DNA from: a virus
DNA: 64,000 nt
Strand: one strand, 5' to 3'
Virus record (IMG/VR): IMGVR_UViG_3300033144_005525
Span: 63,402-127,401 of that record
Shown piece by piece: positions 57,999 to 64,000 of this stretch. How positions within the stretch are numbered: position 1 is the stretch's first letter; each line of letters opens with the position of its first letter. The position numbers and the translations under genes are program-made. Under the pieces are notes generated by a model. It did no database searches. It was not told the origin of the DNA and saw nothing but the letters and a program-made list of their open reading frames with translations.

Positions 57999-58691
57999 GT
58001 GGGACAGGTCATGGGAAGTACTTTCCAATACGTAACCCTGGAAAAGGCAATGGAGGCCCTCCATGTCTCCAAGAGAACTGTCTACAGACACGTCAAGCGT
58101 GGACTTCTACGTACAGCAAAACAAGGACAGGCGCTACTTGTCAGCCGTGAGGACGTCCAAACCCTCGTAGAGCTGAACAAGCAAAATCCGAACGCACGAC
58201 CTATCCACAAGAAGACGGTGTACCAGCTCGAGGCCCGTATTCATCAACTCGAGACAGAGATGAGAGTGGTGAAGAGGATGCTAGATCTCCACCACGAACC
58301 TCTGGATCTGAGCATAGACGAGCTCTTGTCTCTGTACAGGATGGCTCTCCACCACCTGAAAGAAGATTGGGCTCCCCAAAGCGAAGTTATGTGGGCGGAC
58401 ACCTTTATCCGCCTCAGGCTCGAGGACATCGAGAAGCTAGCATCTGCAGTAGAAGACGATGATCCATGGAGACCATTCCACCAGCTAGCTCGCTGCATGG
58501 TTTCTGAGCCCCACGATATCGACAAGAAGCTGCAGTTCGCTGCAGGTAAAAACAACGTAGAGAAGATCGCCTACATCTGGGTAAAGCGATTCAGCAAGAA
58601 CGCTAAAGAGCTACAACGAACCATCAAAGGAGATGAGAAAGAAGTCCGGAAGATGGTCCGTAAAGTTAGATTTCGCCGTTCGAAAAAATAG
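57999..58691 (+). CDS. HTH_17/excisionase-like DNA-binding regulator, divergent from the head operon
   Basis: TLEKAMEALHVSKRTVYRHVKRGLL. Confidence 0.7.
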   Translation: MGQVMGSTFQYVTLEKAMEALHVSKRTVYRHVKRGLLRTAKQGQALLVSREDVQTLVELNKQNPNARPIHKKTVYQLEARIHQLETEMRVVKRMLDLHHEPLDLSIDELLSLYRMALHHLKEDWAPQSEVMWADTFIRLRLEDIEKLASAVEDDDPWRPFHQLARCMVSEPHDIDKKLQFAAGKNNVEKIAYIWVKRFSKNAKELQRTIKGDEKEVRKMVRKVRFRRSKK

Positions 58692-58784
58692 TCCGTTCTA
58701 CAGGGATAAGGACTGTGATGGAGTAGGTGCTCTTGCCTGTTCCCTAGACCCAGTCCCCTTGAAAGAAGGAACTACTTTAAGACC

Positions 58785-59162
58785 ATGATGCGAAAAATGA
58801 TGAGTCCAGACCAGCAGCAAGGACAAGGAAACGGGACCAACGCCCCTGTCATCCCCGTCCAGGTGGAGCAGGCCTTCAACAAACGATCCATCACGGACGG
58901 GCCCCTCTCCCAGGATCAGATGTCTCGGATCCATGATACGTACGCTGGAGCTGCAGCGGCCGTTGAGGATAACAACGGCAGGCAGGCAACCCTGACTGCC
59001 GAGTACATCCTGGCCGCCTACAAGGAGAACAGCCGCGTTCCTTGGTGGAAGCGTGCTCTGCAGGTCCTCGGTGTCGCCGGTATCTTCGGAGTCGGGTTCG
59101 TGACCCACAAGGCTCTCTCGTCCCCGAAGACGACGGAAACCAACTCGGTCCCCACGGAGTAA
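58785..59162 (+). CDS. membrane protein
   Basis: C-terminal TM segment; upstream GGGATAAG. Confidence 0.55.
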   Translation: MMRKMMSPDQQQGQGNGTNAPVIPVQVEQAFNKRSITDGPLSQDQMSRIHDTYAGAAAAVEDNNGRQATLTAEYILAAYKENSRVPWWKRALQVLGVAGIFGVGFVTHKALSSPKTTETNSVPTE

Positions 59163-59185
59163 CACAGCAACAACGGCTACAAGAA

Positions 59186-59220
59186 GTGGGAGGGGCGTAA
59201 AGCACGCTCCCCCTACTTTT
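59186..59220. terminator. terminator between convergent genes
   Basis: GGGGCGT/ACGCTCC stem extended by GGG/CCC; TTTT follows. Confidence 0.55.
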
Positions 59221-61048
59221 AGCTCTCTGGATGATGTTGCCTGGTATCTCTCATAGGAGCTATGACGTCTGGCCTCGGGTGTTTAATCATCGAAGCCAGG
59301 AAGCAAAGAAGAACGGAGTGGAAAGAGTCATCCGTCGTCATAGGACTCTTCTTGTAGACGTTCTCTCTGCGTTGCTCAGAATACTCAGAGAAGATGTTGA
59401 GGAAATCGGCTGCGAAGGGGGCCTGGAATTCTTCCCAGCATGGGAATCGGAACACGTTACGACGCTTGATAGCGTTGAAGATGTCCGACATGACCTCTGT
59501 GCGGTTAACCAGGAACCTCTTGAGCCCATCTTCCCATTTCACCTTAGCGTTCGGCGTCGAGTACTGATACTTGGCAATGCGTTGCCATCCGAACTTGCTG
59601 ATGAGCTTGTCGTTGGGCCAGAAGCCTCCGCCGTAATCGCACCCAGCTAGCTGCACCTTCCATCGCTCTATCTCTCTACTTACCAACTCGATCATTATCT
59701 TGGGTTCAGACTCTCGACCCTCGAAACGGTTGATGTAGACGATGGTGAACCGTCCCTGCAGGTAGCACCCAAGAGACAGAATTGTGTACGTGTTCTCTCC
59801 AGTTCCCCAATCGATTCCAGCGTAGATAGGAGTAGAGGCACCGAGATGCCTGATCATCTTCTCCTGGAAAGCTGCAGTGAGGTGAATGTTGGGATCACAG
59901 TTGTCCATGATATCTCGACGTGTAAGCGGTCGAGTACCTGTGTCGTAAGACAACCCCAAAACCTCGTTGTAGAACTTGGGACGTGAGTAAGTTTTCTGCT
60001 TCTGTAGGATCTCATCCCAACCAACCCAAGGGACCATGATCTGAGGGATACGGAAACCCTCATAGGGTTTGGGGATGTACTTGATGACGTCTGGATTCAA
60101 AGAGACCCACTGCGAATCGTCATCCATAGAAGCGATAGGCTTCTCGCAACGATCACATACCAAACCCTCTTTTCCGATGTGGTCCTCAGAGAGAATGTTC
60201 CAGTAAGCCTTGCTGAGGTGGGAACCTGTCTGGATAGCATGCCTATGGCAGGGAACTGCCCACTCGTTCTGGGTCGAATACTCAGTCCAGTAATACTCGA
60301 TTGGATTGTCCAGAGACTTCGGAGTCCCTGAGTACATGAAGATCTTAAAGTGCGAGTGCGATGCACACTCTTCGATAATCGGGATGTTGTCTGTGAGAAT
60401 GTCTTGGAGCTCATCAATACAGATGACGTCGGCAGGGATCCCACGAACACGATCAGCAGACATGTAGCAGTAGCGCAGAGTGATCTGACTACGGTTGATG
60501 AACTTCTTGAGGAAGACGTTGTCGGAGAGCTTGGTAGTGGTCCAGGACTTGAGGTACTCCGAGGTCTCGATGGGCTCCTTGAGCCTGTCCTGAGAGAAAA
60601 CCTTGGTCTGCTGATTGGTGGGAGAGACGTACAGAGCGTTGAGCGCCTGAATGATGCAGGCGTAGGACAACAACTTGTTTCCCAGGAGAGTGGACTTCTC
60701 TACCTGACGTCCGCATTTCAGCAAGGTTCTCTTACTGGACGTATCATATATCTGCCGAAGATACCGGCGACCCTCGAAGCTGAACTGCTCGTAGGTTTGC
60801 TTCAGCTTGTTCGGTAAACGAACAGCGAATTCCACGAAGCTAGAGGGGGATACATCTAGAAGCTCTCCCTGCCTCCGAACTACGTAGTCAACGTCGAACG
60901 ACTCTTCTGGCTCATGTTCGAAGTCCCACTCCTCTGGAAAGTCTGATCCAGAGAAGATGCCGTCGATACCATGTTGGACGATGGGTATCTGCTGCTCTCG
61001 CTCGAAGGCAGCTACGTCCTCAATGATTTCAAAGGCCATTGACCACAC
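59219..61048 (-). CDS. terminase large subunit (GpA-like)
   Basis: KCGRQVEKST Walker A; ICIDELQD Walker B; SGTP; Zn finger; GIDWG nuclease; DDSFHS. Confidence 0.88.
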   Translation of the reverse strand: MWSMAFEIIEDVAAFEREQQIPIVQHGIDGIFSGSDFPEEWDFEHEPEESFDVDYVVRRQGELLDVSPSSFVEFAVRLPNKLKQTYEQFSFEGRRYLRQIYDTSSKRTLLKCGRQVEKSTLLGNKLLSYACIIQALNALYVSPTNQQTKVFSQDRLKEPIETSEYLKSWTTTKLSDNVFLKKFINRSQITLRYCYMSADRVRGIPADVICIDELQDILTDNIPIIEECASHSHFKIFMYSGTPKSLDNPIEYYWTEYSTQNEWAVPCHRHAIQTGSHLSKAYWNILSEDHIGKEGLVCDRCEKPIASMDDDSQWVSLNPDVIKYIPKPYEGFRIPQIMVPWVGWDEILQKQKTYSRPKFYNEVLGLSYDTGTRPLTRRDIMDNCDPNIHLTAAFQEKMIRHLGASTPIYAGIDWGTGENTYTILSLGCYLQGRFTIVYINRFEGRESEPKIMIELVSREIERWKVQLAGCDYGGGFWPNDKLISKFGWQRIAKYQYSTPNAKVKWEDGLKRFLVNRTEVMSDIFNAIKRRNVFRFPCWEEFQAPFAADFLNIFSEYSEQRRENVYKKSPMTTDDSFHSVLLCFLASMIKHPRPDVIAPMRDTRQHHPES

Positions 61049-61075
61049 CTTAACAGAGACCTAGCCTTACAGGGG

Positions 61076-61468
61076 ATGAGTGCTCGTATGTCGTGGGTCC
61101 CTCTACTTGGATCAAGTATCGGAGTAGCAGTTGATGGTGGGTTGGAAGGCTTCACTGTCTCCAACACTATCGATCCTCTACAGAAGACCCTCACCATGGT
61201 CTTTAGCTACCCACTACCAGGAGGTAGTTGGAACCCACTACAGGTCTTAGTACATGGGTTCGCTATGGCTAACGACTGCTCAGTTAACAAGATAAAAAGA
61301 GACGGGAAGAGAACCTACGTAGCTCACATCTCTACGAAGAGGAGACTCGGAGCAGAGATAAACAACAACCCCTTCACTATGGAGAAATGGAAGTCTACCT
61401 CTCAGAGAAAGAAGGAGAAATTCATTCAGATGATGAGAGATAAGGCCAAAGAACTCAGAAGAGGTTAG
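61076..61468 (+). CDS. hypothetical protein
   Basis: ORF upstream of the RNase HII gene. Confidence 0.45.
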   Translation: MSARMSWVPLLGSSIGVAVDGGLEGFTVSNTIDPLQKTLTMVFSYPLPGGSWNPLQVLVHGFAMANDCSVNKIKRDGKRTYVAHISTKRRLGAEINNNPFTMEKWKSTSQRKKEKFIQMMRDKAKELRRG

Positions 61469-61472
61469 ATCA

Positions 61473-62099
61473 ATGAATCAATCAGAAAAATATCGAATGT
61501 ATTCTGACTGTCTAGTGTGTGGAATAGATGAAGTAGGGAGAGGTAGTTTAGCTGGACCTCTTCTTGCTGTAGCTGCTCTGTTCAAAACGAAGGAAGTAGG
61601 AGTACCTGGAGTAGATGATTCCAAGAAACTAAGTCCAGGAAGAAGATTGAAATTATTTCGATTGATTCTCTGGAGTCCTCAACTAGTTGACTTCGGAATA
61701 GGGGAGGTAAGTTCTGGAGAGATAGAGAAGGTAGGGATTAACCACGCAAATATCCTGGCCTTCCAACGAGCTGTAGAAGCTCTGCCTCAGAGACCAAACC
61801 TCCTGATCGTAGATGGAGACGTAGGAGTTCCTGGCTGGGGACCAGATAACCAAATAGTCGAACCCAAGGCTGATGGAAACTACCCTGTCGTAAGTGCTGC
61901 CAGTATCCTGGCGAAGGTGATCAGAGACTCCTACATGGAGGAACTAGATTCTCTGGTACCTGGATATCGCTGGAAGAAGAACAAGGGGTACGGAACGAAG
62001 GACCACGTACAGGCTCTACAATCTCTAGGGCCTTCCCGTTTCCACAGACCTCAGTTCATCGGTAAGATAGTTTCACCACAGACAGGATGGAGCCTCTGA
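61473..62099 (+). CDS. rnhB: ribonuclease HII
   Basis: GIDEVGRGSLAGP; DSKKLS; VDG; KAD....VSAASILAKVIRD; NKGYGT..H. Confidence 0.95.
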   Translation: MNQSEKYRMYSDCLVCGIDEVGRGSLAGPLLAVAALFKTKEVGVPGVDDSKKLSPGRRLKLFRLILWSPQLVDFGIGEVSSGEIEKVGINHANILAFQRAVEALPQRPNLLIVDGDVGVPGWGPDNQIVEPKADGNYPVVSAASILAKVIRDSYMEELDSLVPGYRWKKNKGYGTKDHVQALQSLGPSRFHRPQFIGKIVSPQTGWSL

Positions 62100-62527
62100 T
62101 GACTATGCAATACGAGCTGGACGTAGCCCGAACCAAACGACTCGAAGCTGAAAGGGAAGTCCAGAAACTGAGAGAGCGAGTAGGGTTGGGTCGCTCCGAC
62201 GAAGACTTCAAGAAACTGGAGAAGAAGATACAGCGTCAGGAGGCAGAGCTCGATCGTCGAGATCCCAAGAAGATGTTGGCTCTGGTTAGAAGAGTTGGAG
62301 AACTTGAGACAGAGCTCAAGAATACCATCGGAGAGTTCGATACTCAGACCAAGAAGCTCTGGGAAACTGCGGTAGATCTGAAGGCGAAAGAGCTCGAGCT
62401 TCAGGAAGCTCTACTACAAGTGACTCTCTGGAAGGACAAAGCTGAGAACCCACCAGTCCCTCTAACGGCTAGGGAGAGTCACCAGCAGGACATCAGTAGG
62501 ACGAAGATCCGTAAATCTCAGCGTTAG
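62099..62527 (+). CDS. coiled-coil protein
   Basis: heptad-rich; TGATG coupling. Confidence 0.6.
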   Translation: MTMQYELDVARTKRLEAEREVQKLRERVGLGRSDEDFKKLEKKIQRQEAELDRRDPKKMLALVRRVGELETELKNTIGEFDTQTKKLWETAVDLKAKELELQEALLQVTLWKDKAENPPVPLTARESHQQDISRTKIRKSQR

Positions 62528-62718
62528 TTTCCAGGGCTCCACGAGTGCTCTAAGTTCAGAGCTGGGTGTGGACCACGCTTCGGAGTTTTGCTGGCGTTAT
62601 CCAGCTCCTCGACGAAGTGGGTACGGTCCAAGGTCACTTCTCCAGATAGCTTGGGTTTCTTCTCGGCGATTTTGGTGAGCTCGTCCGAGAAGGAGAGCAT
62701 GGCGATCAGATGGATCAC
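62524..62718 (-). CDS. small protein with FSDELTKIA leader
   Basis: motif shared with the head-region proteins. Confidence 0.55.
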   Translation of the reverse strand: MIHLIAMLSFSDELTKIAEKKPKLSGEVTLDRTHFVEELDNASKTPKRGPHPALNLEHSWSPGN

Positions 62719-63215
62719 TGCTCCAATCTTCCCTGAAGGTTAGCGAACACCCTGTCCGACATTTCTTCGGCAAGTGGGTTGTCTCCGAACCCTGTTGCTC
62801 TCACCACCCAGGAGTTCAGCTCCGGGACGAAGTCCCAACAGAGCTTGTCCTCCTGCTTGATTTCGTCGAGGAATGCTTGAGCAAGCGCACTGGAGAAGGC
62901 ATCCCCAAACACCCAGATGTATTCCCTCTTAGTGCCATTCTGAATGGCTTCCTCATCACCCATAGTCATGAGGACGTTGTACTTGTCGTCTGGTGTGGGC
63001 CAGAAGTGGAAGATGAGATCTCCTTCCACTCTTCCGACCTCTCCCGTGTAGGAGGCGTGCTCTATCTTGGAGAACGTGACTCCTACTAGGGGGTGGTCTC
63101 CGCCTTTGGATAGTTCGACATCTAGCTTCGATACTTCGGGTTGCCCTCTATCCACCAGGTCGTCCCACTCAGCTCTCTGCTTCTTTGCCCAGTCGTAGTT
63201 CTCTTCTATCGACAT
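62715..63215 (-). CDS. hypothetical protein
   Basis: 166-aa acidic ORF. Confidence 0.6.
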   Translation of the reverse strand: MSIEENYDWAKKQRAEWDDLVDRGQPEVSKLDVELSKGGDHPLVGVTFSKIEHASYTGEVGRVEGDLIFHFWPTPDDKYNVLMTMGDEEAIQNGTKREYIWVFGDAFSSALAQAFLDEIKQEDKLCWDFVPELNSWVVRATGFGDNPLAEEMSDRVFANLQGRLEQ

Positions 63216-64000
63216 CTATCCAGCCTCTTTTTTTGGTGCAGGTAGCTCTTTGAGATCCATACCGGAATCAGTGAACTCCCCATGCGGGGCCACCTCTTCT
63301 ATGCTCTTAACCACGCCCTGGGAGTGCTTCATACGGAACTGCTCGAACGCTTTGAGGGACTCTCTCAGAGCACTGTCAGCTTCGGACAACCTAACATCCA
63401 CTGAGGTTGCAGCCTTAGCCAACTTAGTCAAAGCGGTGGTTTTGTCCCTTGATCTAGGCTGCTCTTTCCAATCTCTGAAGTCGAAGTAGAGAGCCTCCTG
63501 CATCTCGCGGAGGATTTCCTTAGTCTCCAGGTTCTGTCCGAACCCATTGACGTGTAGGGCCATAGCAGGTCCGTTCTGTAGGACAGCTATGGATTTGGAT
63601 TGGATGGATTTGTCGTACTCCTCGAAGAAATCTACCCAGTCTTGTGTCTTGAGTAGTGGGCAGTTCCAATAGTAGTGCGCGTACGTTTGGATCATGCCTT
63701 CCGTGAAGTAGGCATTCATCCTTCCGTTGACTTTTTTTGCCACATCCTTCGGATCCAAACGACCCAAAAGAAGTTGCTCCACCAATCTTCTCACCCTGAA
63801 ATTGGGGAGGATGGACGAGGCAGCCTTCACCTTGTCATCTGGATTGTGGAGAGACCACACACCTGCATTGCGTAGGAATCGAACGGAGGGACGGTTGTAC
63901 CGATCAATAGGGTCGTAGTTGACTGGAAGATCTACGTACAGGGCTTCTCGTAGGTTGGAGATGTACACCGCGTCTGGTGCAGGGAACCCCAGGGTCTGTA
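63216..64000 (-). CDS. hypothetical protein (5' partial; frame open past the window end)
   Basis: no stop codon upstream of GTG 63968 within the window. Confidence 0.6.
   Translation of the reverse strand, partial: QTLGFPAPDAVYISNLREALYVDLPVNYDPIDRYNRPSVRFLRNAGVWSLHNPDDKVKAASSILPNFRVRRLVEQLLLGRLDPKDVAKKVNGRMNAYFTEGMIQTYAHYYWNCPLLKTQDWVDFFEEYDKSIQSKSIAVLQNGPAMALHVNGFGQNLETKEILREMQEALYFDFRDWKEQPRSRDKTTALTKLAKAATSVDVRLSEADSALRESLKAFEQFRMKHSQGVVKSIEEVAPHGEFTDSGMDLKELPAPKKEAG

Noticed and set aside
53853-61048. Inteins in the protease or terminase
   Set aside because: No C...HN splice junctions or LAGLIDADG blocks seen; the protease insert is pyrophosphatase-like.
1-64000. CRISPR array or cas genes
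   Set aside because: No regularly spaced repeat-spacer units seen; the repeats found have only two or three dispersed copies.
1-64000. Stop-codon reassignment, as in some large phages
   Set aside because: Long conserved genes are intact in the standard code, and TAG, TGA and TAA all end genes at sensible, coupled positions.
1-64000. Diversity-generating retroelement or retron
   Set aside because: No reverse transcriptase, and no TR/VR pair with adenine-specific mismatches; the NGFYGGW copies differ at synonymous positions.

Overview
This window is about 64 kb of a large contractile-tailed (myovirus-like) phage genome. No cellular housekeeping context is visible. The left half (1-33 kb) is mostly + strand early/accessory genes: many small hypotheticals, a complete tmRNA (tag ANDNVDSVELVAQAA), HARE-HTH, HAD phosphatase, a ubiquitin-like (Multi_ubiq-type) protein, a DUF6527-like protein, a collagen-like lipoprotein, a YkgJ-type Cys-cluster protein, dCMP deaminase, a MoxR AAA + VWA pair and a beta-clamp-like protein. 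A recurrent GGGATAAG promoter-like motif lies upstream of several of these genes. The right half (33-64 kb) is a minus-strand morphogenesis region: membrane/holin-like genes, tail tube, a 1237-aa sheath, neck proteins, an HNH endonuclease, major capsid protein, prohead protease and large terminase, plus RNase HII on the + strand. The most notable signal is that about 13 head-region proteins are punctuated by K-x-A motifs. These motifs separate acidic leader segments (several with F-S-D-E-L-x-K-I-A) from cationic amphipathic glycine-zipper modules. This suggests a protease-processed virion cargo polyprotein system. One of these genes is extended by a canonical -1 frameshift (C CCU UUC plus a predicted pseudoknot), and the protease carries a KxA-flanked pyrophosphatase-like insert. 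The HNH gene sits amid three synonymously recoded copies of its host gene's 3' end. All product calls come from motif recognition by eye; no database searches were run.
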